Source: Eledone cirrhosa
Taxonomy: Eukaryota
Direction of reading: 5' to 3'
NCBI GenBank assembly: GCA_964016885.1
Contig: OZ024747.1
Coordinates: forward strand, 53,692,001 to 53,756,000
DNA: 64,000 nt
How positions within the stretch are numbered: the stretch's first letter is position 1; every line of letters begins with the position of its first letter. The translations under genes and the position numbers were made by a program. The notes below the pieces were generated by a model. That model saw only the letters and a list, made by a program, of their open reading frames with translations, was not told the DNA's origin and did no database searches. Below are positions 12,833 to 24,700 of this stretch, piece after piece.

Positions 12833-13870
12833 ACCACAACTACCACCACCACCCACCGCAAGCACAACAACCACCACCACCACCACCACCACCACCACCA
12901 CCACTACAATCATCAATGCTCATGCTGCCATCAACACCACTACCGCTACCACAACAACCATCACCATCAACACCACCACCACTACAACCATCACCATCAC
13001 CACTACAACCACCAACATCATCACCACTACCACTACCACAACATCCACAACCTCCACAACCACCACCACCCCCACTACAATCATCAATGCTGTTGCTGCC
13101 ATCACCATCACTACCATTACCATCACCACTACAACCACCAACACCACTACCACCTCCACCACCACCACCAACAACACTACAACCAACAGCCCCACCACCA
13201 CCACCAACACTAAACCAACAACCGCACCATCACCGCCACTGCCACCACTACAGCCACCCCACCACCACAACCTCCACCACCACCACCACTAAAACCTCCA
13301 CCACCACCACCACCACTAAAACCTCCACCACCACCACCACTAAAACCTCCACCACCACCACCACCACCACTAAAACCTCCACCACCACCATCACCACAAC
13401 TAAAACCTCCACCACCCCACCACTAAAACCTCCACCACCACCACCACCACCACTAAAACCTCCACCACCACCACCACCACTAAAACCTCCACCACCACCA
13501 CCACCACCACCACTAAAACCTCCACCACCACTAAAAACTCCACCACCACCACCACTAAAAACTCCACCACCACCACCACTAAAACCTCCACCACCACCAC
13601 CACCACTAAAAACTCCACCACCACCACCACCACTAAAACCTCCACCACCACCACCACTAAAAACTCCACCACCACCACCACTAAAAACTCCACCACCACC
13701 ACCACTAAAAACTCCACCACCACCACCACCACTAAAACCTCCACCACCACCACCACCACTAAAACCTCCACCACCACTACCACCACCACCACTAAAACCT
13801 CCACCACCACCACCACCACTAAAAACTCCACCACCACCACCACCACTAAAACCTCCACCACCACCACTAT
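12833..13870. repeat. (CCA)n-based low-complexity repeat with recurrent ctaaaacct/ctaaaaact spacers
   Basis: Direct reading. Confidence 0.93.
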
Positions 13871-14154
13871 CATTAGCAAAGATAAAAATATGAACATAAA
13901 AAATAAGCAAATTGGTGAATTAAATTATAAAACCAGATCCCCTTCCTCTTCCCTATTGTTTTTCTTCATTTCTTCCTCTCCTTCCTTCCCCTCCTCTCTC
14001 CTTCCCCTTGATTCTCTCTCTCCTTCCTCCTCTTCTTACCCCCCCCCTCCACCATATCCCCTTCCTCTCTCCCACAACAAATGTTTATGGTAATAATAAC
14101 AACAATCATGAATTAGATAAAGTTCAGCAGGTTCATTTTGGTTTTTATAATTTT

Positions 14155-16455
14155 GGGTGGTGGTGGTGGTGAGGGTAGTGGTGGTGGTGGTGAGGGTGGT
14201 GGTGAGGGTGGTGGTGTGGTGTGGCTGGTGGTGGTGATGGTGTAGTGTGGCTGGTGAGAGTGGTGGTGTGATGTAGTGGGATTGATGAGGATGGTGGTGA
14301 TGGTTGGTCGTCGTGGTGAGGGTGGTGGTGTGGCTGGTGGTGGTGGTGTTAGTGTGTTAGTGGGGCTGGTGGTGGTGGTGGTGGTGTAGCGTGGCTGGTG
14401 AGGGCAGTGGTGGTGATAGTGGGCATGGTGTAGTGAGGCTGGTGAGGGAGGTGGTGGTGATAGTGGGGGTGGTGTAGTGTGGCTGGTGAGGGTGGTGGTG
14501 GTGATAGTGGGGGTGGTGTAGTGTGGCTGGTGAGGGTGGTGGTGGTGGTGGTGGTGTAGTGTGGCTGGTGAGGGTGGTGGTGTGATGTAGTGGGATTGAT
14601 GAGGGAGGTGGTGATGGTTGGTGGTCGTGGTGAGGGTGGTGGTGTAGTGTGGTTGGTGGTGGTGGTGGTGTGGCTGGTGGTGGTGGTGGTGTTAGTGTGT
14701 TAGTGGGGCTGGTGGTGGTGGTGGTGGTGGTGTAGTGTGGCTGGTGAGGGCAGTGGTGGTGATAGTGGGGGTGGTGTAGTGTGGCTGGTGAGGGTGGTGG
14801 TGGTGGTGGTGTAGTGTGGCTGGTGAGGGTGGTGGTGTGATGTAGTGGGATTGATGAGGGAGGTGGTGATGGTTGGTGGTCGTGGTGAGGGTGGTGGTGT
14901 AGTGTGGTTGGTGGTGGTGGTGGTGTGGTGTGGCTGGTGGTGGTGGTGGTGTTAGTGTGTTAGTGGGGCTGGTGGTGGTGGTGGTGGTGGTGTAGTGTGG
15001 CTGGTGAGGGCAGTGGTGGTGATAGTGGGGGTGGTGTAGTGTGGCTGGTGAGGGTGGTGGTGGTGGTGGTGTAGTGTGGCTGGTGAGGGTGGTGGTGGTG
15101 GTGGTGTAGTGTGGCTGGTGAGGGTGGTGGTGTGATGTAGTGGGATTGATGAGGGTGGTGGTGATGGTTGGTGGTTGTGGTGAGGGTGGTGGTGTAGTGT
15201 GGCTGGTGGTGGTGGTGTAGTGTGGCTGGTAGTGGTGGTGGTGTTAGTGTGTTAGTGGGGCTGGTAGTGGTGGTGGTGGTGGTGTAGTGTGGCTGGTGAG
15301 GGCAGTGGTGGTGATAGTGGGGGTGGTGTAGTGTGGCTGGTGAGGGTGGTGGTGGTGGTGGTGTAGTGTGGCTGGTGAGGGTGGTGGTGGTGGTGGTGTA
15401 GTGTGGCTGGTGAGGGTGGTGGTGTGATGTAGTGGGATTGATGAGGGTGGTGGTGATGGTTGGTGGTTGTGGTGAGGGTGGTGGTGTAGTGTGGCTGGTG
15501 GTGGTGGTGTAGTGTGGCTGGTAGTGGTGGTGGTGTTAGTGTGTTAGTGGGGCTGGTGGTGGTGGTGGTGGTGGTGTAGTGTGGCTGGTGAGGGCAGTGG
15601 TGGTGATAGTGGGCATGGTGTAGTGTGGCTGGTGAGGGAGGTGGTGGGGGTGGTGTTCTGTGACTGGTGAAGGTGGTGGTGGTGGTGAGGGTGGGGCTGG
15701 TGGTGGTGGTGGTGGTGGTGTAGTGTGGCTGGTGAGGGCAGTGGTGGTGATAGTGGGGGTGGTGTAGTGTGGCTGGTGAGGGTGGTGGTGGTGGTGGTGT
15801 AGTGTGGCTGGTGAGGGTGGTGGAGTTGGTGGTGGTGATAGTGTGGCTGGTGAGGGTGGTGGTGGTGATAGTGGGGGTGGTGTAGTGTAGCTGGTGAGGG
15901 TGGTGGTGGTGGTGGTGATGAGGGTGGGGCTGGTGGTGGTGGTGGTGGTGGTTTTGGTAAGGGTGGGGCTGGTGAGGATGGTGGTGGTGGTGTAGTGGGG
16001 GTTGGTGGTGGTGGTGGAGGTGTAGCTGTGATATAGCTGGTGGGATTGGTGAGGGTGATGGTAGTGAGGTGTTGGTTGTTGCTATAGCAGTGTCGATGGT
16101 GAATGTGTGGCTGTTGTTGCTGTAGTGTTGTCCTGGTGGTGGTGGTGGTTGTTGTAGTGTTGGTTGTAGTGTTGTTCTCGTGGTTGTAGTGTTGGTTGTA
16201 GTGTTGTCACTGTGGTGGTGGTTGAAGTAGTGTTGTTGTAGTGTTGGTTGTAGTGTAGTTGTTGTAGTGTAGTTGTAGTGTGGTTAAAGTGGTGTTGTAG
16301 TGGTGGTTGTAGTGTTGTCACTGTGGTGGTGGTTTAAGTAGTGTTGAAGTGGTGTTGGTTGTAGTGTTTGTTGTATGTGTTGGTGATGATGGTAGTGGTT
16401 GTGTCATCATGTTGGTTGTTAGTGTTGTCATTGTGGTGGTGGTGTGGTGGTGTTA
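14155..16455. repeat. (GGT)n-based compound minisatellite with ~250-300-bp higher-order blocks
   Basis: Recurrent gtagtgtggctggtgagg subunit; gatgtagtgggattgatgagg recurs near 14270, 14585, 14840, 15135 and 15425. Confidence 0.92.
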
Positions 16456-16551
16456 GAGACCCCTTCAGTGGGTGTTAAATTATGACAGCAGTATGAAGGT
16501 GGGAGGTACAAGATCAAACCAGCGAGCAGGATCTGAAGCTAATTATCATTG

Positions 16552-16931
16552 AATTGGCAGTATCGGTGGAGGGTCTGACGCCATACTTTCCAGCATAGTT
16601 ACGTCCCTTTATGGTCTGAGTTCAAATCCCATCGAGGTTAACTTTGCCTTTCATCCTTACGGGGTCAATAAAATAAAGTACCAGTAATACACTGGGTAAT
16701 TGCTGGCCTTGTGCCAAAAGTAGAAATAATTATTATCATAATTATTATCTTGTCCCCTACATGTCAGCCCTTGTGGTTAATAAATGAAATCATTATCATT
16801 ATTATCATTATTATCATTATTATATCCCGTTGAGGTTAACTTTACTTTTCATCCTTACGGGGTCGATAAAATAAAGTACCAGTAATGTACTGGGTAATTA
16901 CTGGCCTTGTGCCTAAAGTAGAAACAATTAT
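16552..16931 (+). mobile_element. Two tRNA-SINE copies (Meta-like family), one full and one 5'-truncated
   Basis: attggcagtatcggtggagg...gagttcaaatccc...gtagaaataatt; second copy from ~16825. Confidence 0.85.
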
Positions 16932-17180
16932 TATATTTATTATTTCATTATTTTATTTGACTTTTTAAGTATATATATATATATATATATGTAGATAAAT
17001 CTACCAAGAGTTTACGGTAGTGTTCAATCCGTATGAAGAACTCAATGTAATCCGGATATCATGGAAAGAAGAGATGCATTCAAAAATCACTTTCGGTGAA
17101 AGATAAACGGAATACAGAGTCAAGATAAAATATTAAAAAAATAATGAATAAAATTTATTTATATATATATATATATATAT

Positions 17181-17420
17181 GTAGGGAGTGTAACTTGGAG
17201 TTACTGCAGGTTCACCCGGGAGAGCACTCAATGTTTAGGTTCACTTCTGTGATGAGGTGTAGAGCTATACAGAGTGTAATATATTGAAAGGATAACAAGG
17301 ACGATTGGTTACTCCTTCATTACATCTATTGGTAGGTGACGCGCGTTTCGCCACTGATCAGCTCAAGGTTTGATCTGTATCGATTTTACCCGACTCAATA
17401 ATCGGCAGCTCGACAGACCC
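17181..17420 (-). mobile_element. (TA)n-embedded insert with minimal hammerhead-like motif (family C)
   Basis: Minus strand GGT-CTGTCGA-gctgcc...ggc-GAAA-CGCGCG-TC-ACC at 17420-17335; TTGAGTGC 43 nt from its 3' end. Confidence 0.55.
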
Positions 17421-17798
17421 TTTAAAATATATATATATATATATTCTTTTTTTTTTTTGTTAAAATGTTTTCTTTATATATTTTTTAGTTTCAAGGTTTG
17501 AAATTATTTTTTCAAATACTTTTTTGTGTGGGTGGAAAGGTATGTGGGTTGGCTGGTGGTGTTGGTGGGGTTGCTATGGAAATGGTGGGACTAGAAGTGT
17601 CGAGGCTGTGGTGATGGTGGAGGTGGTGGTCATGTGAAGATGGTGTTGGTGAAGTGGGGTGAGGAATCATTCATTCAATTTCTACATTCACCTACCACTC
17701 ACAGACATATCACCTGTGTCCTTCCACTGTCCACCACAAGTGTCAACTCCACCACCATCACCACAGCTCATACATCTAGACATACACACACACATTAC

Positions 17799-17838
<40 letters not shown>

Positions 17839-18042
17839 AGAACAAAAGATGGTTAAAAGAGTTCCATGTATTTTATTATGCGCATTTCAAAAACAAATAA
17901 CATCATGCAATAATATTTATGTTTTCATCAGATAAAACAGGAAGACATGATATGAAGGTTAAAAAACACTTGTGGATAGTGCAGTTTTAAATCAACATAT
18001 ATATATATATATACATAGATACACACACACATATATATATAT

Positions 18043-18226
18043 TTAATATAGAAATGGCTTCTACAGGACTAGAACTGTTTCATTCCAAGGAAATCATCAG
18101 GAAAGCTCTGGGCTTTCCTGATGAAAGAGTATTAGTCCTGTAGAAGCCATTTCTATATTAGATATTTATACTCTGCTATGTATTGAGTACCTTACTTACA
18201 GTGGTTACTCCCGATTGAACCCTGGA
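18043..18226 (+). mobile_element. Fold-back insert, family A (Penelope-like pLTR end?)
   Basis: Arms 18044-18071/18133-18160 and 18094-18106/18112-18124; 3' end nearly identical to 3637-3700. Confidence 0.72.
18057..18106 (-). ncRNA. Type I hammerhead ribozyme motif with complete catalytic core
   Basis: GCTTTC-CTGATGA-T(TTC-CTTG-GAA)T-GAAA-CAG-TTCTAGTC-CTG-TA-GAAGC: CUGAUGA and GAAA cores, stems II and III, GUA cleavage triplet, stem I TTC/GAA plus GC/GC. Confidence 0.72.
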
Positions 18227-18261
18227 TATACACACACAGACACACACACACACACATATAT

Positions 18262-18815
18262 GCCCAATGGCTGGCATAGCAGCATCATCGTTAACTGCTA
18301 CAAGGGCAAAGGAGATGCTCTAGACAGAGAAAACTGTTGACTAGTTTATGAAGGTCACATTAAGAGTTATAGCACAGCTGATTAGGGATCAAGTTAACCT
18401 AGATGAGTTGCAGTTTGGATTTGTACCAGGTAAATATACCACAGATGCCCTCTTCCTTGTGAGGCAACTGCAGCAGAAGTACCTAGCTAAAAGTAAACCT
18501 CTCTGCATGACTTTTGTGAACCTAGACAAAGCTTTTGACAGAGTCCCTCCCCCCATTCCATTGTAATATACATGAACGGTAAAGCATAAATAAACTAAGA
18601 GAGAAATTGGTCACAAGAGGGATTAGATGCAGTGTGCAGGAGAGGAGTTTGAGTTGGTATGGACATGTGATGTATATGAGAGATAACAGCTGTATAAAAA
18701 TGTGCAGAGTGCTCCAAGTTGATGGAAGTTATGGAGTAGAAAGTCCAAGGAAGACTTGGGATGAGGTTATAAAAGCTAACCTTGTACAATTGCACCTCTC
18801 GAAGGCAATGACATA
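18262..18815 (+). pseudogene. Internally deleted remnant of the same RTE group as 1-1917
   Basis: SSIIVNCYKGKGDALDR and LDELQFGFVPGK...KAFDRVP match nt ~420-725, then the sequence jumps to the C-terminal region (RRLRWYGHV-like, RKTWDEVI; nt ~1607-1860). Confidence 0.9.
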
Positions 18816-18884
18816 ACTATATGCCAAAAAGCATGTTTTCAGATGTTCTACTGGTACTGCCAATCCAGCACCCTAATAATAATA

Positions 18885-19310
18885 ATGGTTTCTTATTTAG
18901 GCACAAGGCCAGCAATTTTGGGGGAGAGGGAAAAAGTCGATTAAATCGACCCCAGTGCATTACTGGTATTTATTTTATCGAACTCGTAAAGGCAAAAGTC
19001 AACGTTAATCTTAGTGGGATTTGAACACAGAACGTAAAGGGCCATAACTCTATGCTGCGAAGCATGTCGATACTCTACTGATACTGCCAATCCACCACCC
19101 TCATAATGATTTTTAGTATTAGAAATAATTGTTTCTACTTTAGGCACAAGGCCAGCAATTACCCAGTGCATTACTGGTACTTTATTTTATCGACCCCCGT
19201 AAGGATGAAAGGCAAAGTCAACCTCGGCGGGATTTGAACTCAGATCATAAAGGGACGTAACTATGCTGGAAAGCATGGCGTCCGACCCTCTACCGATACT
19301 GCCAATCCAA
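18885..19310 (-). mobile_element. Two tRNA-SINE copies (Meta-like family); the second has a 17-bp target-site duplication
   Basis: ttagtattagaaataat at ~19112 and ~19311 flanks the second copy. Confidence 0.85.
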
Positions 19311-19438
19311 TTAGTATTAGAAATAATGATTTAATACTATAGTATATGTAGTTTTAGCAGCCTCATGTAATATAAGAAATCTAGTTAATAACTTGATATT
19401 ACTGAGATATTGTGACAATTAGTGGAAGTTTGTGTTTG

Positions 19439-19666
19439 TTAACCCTTTAGCATTCACATTACCCTATATATACTATTATATTTTCATGGTAAAGGCTTTA
19501 TCTCACATAATTATCTCATATAATATTGAATCTATGAGATTTTGAAAGTATTTATTTTGAGAACAATACCTTAACATCAGTATGAGTGACCAGTTACAGC
19601 CAGTTTCAACTGAAAGTGGTAGAGAATTCTGGCCAGTTTGGGCCGGTTTGAACACTAAAGGGTTAA
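19439..19666. mobile_element. piggyBac-type MITE
   Basis: TTAA|ccctttagcattca...tgaacactaaaggg|TTAA. Confidence 0.72.
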
Positions 19667-19994
19667 ATGTGACACAAATTCAAATAAAAATTTGAGGGAT
19701 GTTTGGTAGCACTGAAATAAAGAGAGATATTTAGAACTTTGGTTAGAAATCTTTATCAGAGAAGGTTTTCACTGATAGATAATTATTTTTATTGCTATAT
19801 TTCTAATCAAATATATTCCTCAATAAATTTTCAAATAATCAAACATTTGGAGCTATTTAGTAAATAATTAACTTTTTTCCCCATTAAATTGATATTTTGA
19901 ACATTACATAACAAAGATTTCATAGATAAAATTATGATTGAAGATTTTAATATAACTGAAAATGATGGACTTCTTTTTATTTCAAAAATGAATG

Positions 19995-20330
19995 TTCAAT
20001 TAGTGAACAGCCTGCTCATGAAGTTAATGTGTAAGTGGCTTAGCATTCCACAGGTGTATGTTCCTTTAACATAATTCTCAGGGAGATTTAGTGTTAAACA
20101 GTGTGAGACAATGCTCGTCCTTTGGTAGTCCATCTGACAGGCTTCCAAACAGTTTCAGTCTACTAATTACAAAAGATATACCTATCATTCTTAAACCTTT
20201 TAATACAAAACTACCCAGGTTTCGGAATCAGTCCTACTGCATAGCACCTTGGACAAGTGTCTTCTACTATACCCTTGGGTTGACCAATGTCTTGTGAGAG
20301 AACAATGGTAGACAGAATCTGGAGAGGAAT
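19995..20330 (+). mobile_element. Old SINE fragments
   Basis: gcctgctcatgaagttaatgtgtaagtggcttagcattccacag recurs at ~55270 and, reversed, at ~63790-63830; caccttggacaagtgtcttctactata is CORE-like. Confidence 0.5.
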
Positions 20331-20409
20331 AACAACAACTGTCATATATGAGTCATTATGTCTATAGTCGCTCCAATAGTAACAATATTTTTGTTGTTAT
20401 TATTGTGGT

Positions 20410-20616
20410 ATGGCAGAATCAGTAGAGCATCGAACATAATGCTCTGCAGTATTTAGTTATGGCCCTTGACACTGAGTTCAAATCCTGCTGTGGTTAGCTT
20501 TGCTTTTCATCCTTATGGGGTCGATAAAGTAAAGTACCAGTAATGCAATGGAATCAATTTAGTTGATTTTCCCCTTCCACTAAATTTGCTGGCATTGTGC
20601 CAAATGTAGAAACAAT
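20410..20616 (+). mobile_element. tRNA-SINE copy (Meta-like family)
   Basis: A/B boxes, core and tail present. Confidence 0.8.
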
Positions 20617-21785
20617 TGTTGTTGGTAGGGATGGTCATGGTGTTGCTATTGGTGGTGCTATTGATGTTGGTGATGATGGTGGTGTTGTTATTGGTGATGA
20701 TGGTGGTGGCGATGGTGGTGGTGTTGTTATTGTTGGTACTGGTGTTGTTATTGGTGGTGTTGTTATTGTTGGTGATGGTCATGGTGTTGCTATTGGTGGT
20801 GCTATTGATGTTGGTGATGATGGTGGTGTTGTTATTGGTGATGATGGTGGTGGTGGTGTTATTGGTGGTGATGGTCATGGTGTTGCTATTGGTGATGCTA
20901 TTGATGTTGGTGATGATGGTGGTGTTGTTATTGGTGATGATGGTGGTGGTGGTGTTATTGGTGGTGCTATTGATGTTGGTGATGATGGTGGTGTTGTTAT
21001 TGGCGGTGATGGTGGTGGTGGTGGTGTTATTAGTGGTGATGGTCATGGTGTTGCTATTGGTGATGCTATTGATGTTGGTGATGGTGGTGGTGTTGTTATT
21101 GGTGATGATGGTGGTGGTGGTGTTATTGGTGGTGCTATTGATGTTGGTGATGATGGTGGTGTTGTTATTGGCGGTGATGGTGGTGGTGGTGTTGTTATTG
21201 GTGGTGATGGTGGTGGTGGTGTTGTTATTGGTGGTGATGGTGGTGGTGGTGTTGTTATTGGTGGTGATGGTCATGGTGTTGCTATTGGTGATGCTATTGA
21301 TGTTGGTGATGATGGTGGTGTTGTTATTGGCGGTGATGGTGGTGGTGTTGTTATTGGCGGTGATGGTGGTGGTGGTGTTGTTATTGGTGGTGATGGTGGT
21401 GGTGGTGTTGTTATTGGTGGTGATGGTCATGGTGTTGTTATTGGTGATGCTATTGATGTTGGTGATGGTGGTGGTGTTGTTATTGGTGGTGATGGTGGTG
21501 GTGGTGGTGTTATTGTTGGTAGGGATGGTCATGGTGTTGCTATTGGTGGTGCTATTGATGTTGGTGATGATGGTGGTGTTGTTATTGGTGGTGATGGTGG
21601 TGGTGGTGGTGTTATTGTTGGTACTGGTGTTGTTATTGGTGGTGATGGTGGTGGTGGTGTTATTGTTGGTAGGGATGGTCATGGTGTTGTTATTGGTGGT
21701 GGTGGTGGTGTTGTTGTTGTTGGTACTATTGTTGTTGTTGGTGATGATGTGCTGTTGTTATTGGTGGTGCCATTGTTGTTGTTAG
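20617..21785. repeat. Cryptic triplet (GGT/GAT/GTT) minisatellite
   Basis: Recurring gatggtcatggtgttgctattggt...gctattgatgttggtgat blocks. Confidence 0.92.
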
Positions 21786-24700
21786 TGATGGTGGTATTGG
21801 TGGTAGTAGAGATGGTGGTATTGGTGGTAGTAGAGATGGTGGTGGTGGTGGTGTTGTTGTTGTTGGTACTATTGTTGTTGTTGGTGATGATGTTGCTGTT
21901 GTTATTGGTGGTAGTAGAGATGGTGGTATTGGTGGTAGTAGTGATGGTGGTATTGGTGGTAGTAGAGATGGTGGTATTGGTGGTAGTAGAGATGGTGGTA
22001 TTGGTGGTAGTAGTGATGGTGGTATTGGTGGTGTTGTTGGTGGTAGTAGAGATGGTGGTATTGGTGGTAGTAGAGATGGTGGTATTGGTGGTAGTAGAGA
22101 TGGTGGTATTGGTGGTAGTAGAGATGGTGGTATTGGTGGTGTTGTTGGTGGTAGTAGAGATGGTGGTATTGGTGGTAGTAGAGATGGTGGTATTGGTGGT
22201 AGTAGAGATGGTGGTATTGGTGGTGTTGTTGGTGGTATTGGTGGTAGTAGTGATGGTGGTATTGGTGGTGTTGTTGGTGGTAGTAGAGATGGTGGTATTG
22301 GTGGTAGTAGTGATGGTAGTATTGGTGGTGTTGTTGGTGGTAGTAGAGATGGTGGTATTGGTGGTAGTAGAGATGGTGGTATTGGTGGTGTTGTTGGTGG
22401 TAGTAGAGATGGTGGTATTGGTGGTGTTGTTGGTGGTAGTAGAGATGGTGGTATTGGTGGTAGTAGAGATGGTGGTATTGGTGGTAGTAGAGATGGTGGT
22501 ATTGGTGGTAGAGTGATGGTGGTATTGGTGGTAGTAGTGATGGTGGTATTGGTGGTGTTGTTGGTGGTAGTAGAGATGGTGGTATTGGTGGTAGTAGTGA
22601 TGGTGGTATTGGTGGTGTTGTTGGTGGTAGTAGAGATGGTGGTATTGGTGGTAGTAGAGATGGTAGTATTGGTGGTAGTAGAGATGGTGGTATTGGTGGT
22701 GTTGTTGGTGGTAGTAGAGATGGTGGTATTGGTGGTAGTAGTGATGGTAGTATTGGTGGTGTTGTTGGTGGTAGTAGAGATGGTGGTATTGGTGGTAGTA
22801 GAGATGGTGGTATTGGTGGTGTTGTTGGTGGTAGTAGAGATGGTGGTATTGGTGGTAGTAGAGATGGTGGTATTGGTGGTAGTAGAGATGGTGGTATTGG
22901 TGGTAGAGTGATGGTGGTATTGGTGGTAGTAGTGATGGTGGTATTGGTGGTGTTGTTGGTGGTAGTAGAGATGGTGGTATTGGTGGTAGTAGTGATGGTG
23001 GTATTGGTGGTGTTGTTGGTGGTAGTAGAGATGGTGGTATTGGTGGTAGTAGAGATGGTAGTATTGGTGGTAGTAGAGATGGTGGTATTGGTGGTGTTGT
23101 TGGTGGTAGTAGAGATGGTGGTATTGGTGGTAGTAGTGATGGTAGTATTGGTGGTGTTGTTGGTGGTAGTAGAGATGGTGGTATTGGTGGTAGTAGAGAT
23201 GGTGGTATTGGTGGTGTTGTTGGTGGTAGTAGAGATGGTGGTATTGGTGGTAGTAGAGATGGTGGTATTGGTGGTGTTGTTGGTGGTAGTAGAGATGGTG
23301 GTATTGGTGGTAGTAGAGATGGTGGTATTGGTGGTAGTAGAGATGGTGGTATTGGTGGTGTTGTTGGTGGTAGTAGAGATGGTGGTATTGGTGGTAGTAG
23401 TGATGGTAGTATTGGTGGTGTTGTTGGTGGTAGTAGAGATGGTGGTATGGTGGTAGTAGAGATGGTGGTATTGGTGGTAGTAGTGATGGTGGTATTGGTG
23501 GTGTTGTTGGTGGTAGTAGAGATGGTGGTATTGGTGGTAGTAGAGATGGTGGTATTGGTGGTAGTAGTTATGGTGGTATTGGTGGTGTTGTTGGTGGTAG
23601 TAGAGATGGTGGTATTGGTGGTAGTAGAGATGGTGGTATTGGTGGTAGTAGAGATGGTGTTGTTGGTGGGAGTAGAGATGGTGGTATTGGTGGTAGTAGT
23701 GATGGTGGTATTGGTGGTAGTAGTGATGGTGGTATTGGTGGTGTTGTTGGTGGCAGTAGAGATGGTGGTATTGGTGGTAGTAGTGATGGTGGTATTGGTG
23801 GTAGTAGAGATGGTGGTATTGGTGGTAGTAGAGATGGTGGTATTGGTGGTAGTAGAGATGGTGGTATTGGTGGTGTTGTTGGTGGTAGTAGAGATGGTGG
23901 TATTGGTGGTAGTAGAGATGGTGGTATTGGTGGTAGTAGTGATGGTGGTATTGGTGGTGTTGTTGGTGGTAGTAGAGATGGTGGTATTGGTGGTAGTAGA
24001 GATGGTGGTATTGGTGGTAGTAGAGATGGTGGTATTGGTGGTGTTGTTGGTGGTAGTAGAGATGGTGGTATTGGTGGTAGTAGAGATGGTGGTATTGGTG
24101 GTGTTGTTGGTGGTAGTAGAGATGGTGGTATTGGTGGTAGTAGTGATGGTAGTATTGGTGGTGTTGTTGGTGGTAGTAGAGATGGTGGTATTGGTGGTAG
24201 TAGAGATGGTGGTATTGGTGGTGTTGTTGGTGGTAGTAGAGATGGTGGTATTGGTGGTGTTGTTGGTGGTAGTAGAGATGGTGGTATTGGTGGTAGTAGA
24301 GATGGTGGTATTGGTGGTGTTGTTGGTGGTAGTAGAGATGGTGGTATTGGTGGTAGTAGAGATGGTGGTATTGGTGGTAGTAGAGATGGTGGTATTGGTG
24401 GTGTTGTTGGTGGTATTGGTGGTAGTAGAGATGGTGGTATTGGTGGTGTTGTTGGTGGTAGTAGAGATGGTGGTATTGGTGGTAGTAGTGATGGTAGTAT
24501 TGGTGGTGTTGTTGGTGGTAGTAGAGATGGTGGTATGGTGGTAGTAGAGATGGTGGTATTGGTGGTAGTAGTGATGGTGGTATTGGTGGTGTTGTTGGTG
24601 GTAGTAGAGATGGTGGTATTGGTGGTAGTAGAGATGGTGGTATTGGTGGTGTTGTTGGTGGTAGTAGAGATGGTGGTATTGGTGGTAGTAGTGATGGTAG

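Noticed and set aside
12817-13910. Pro-rich extensin/formin-like ORF and Gly-rich antisense ORF
   Set aside because: Translation of (CCA)n repeat; no flanking domain
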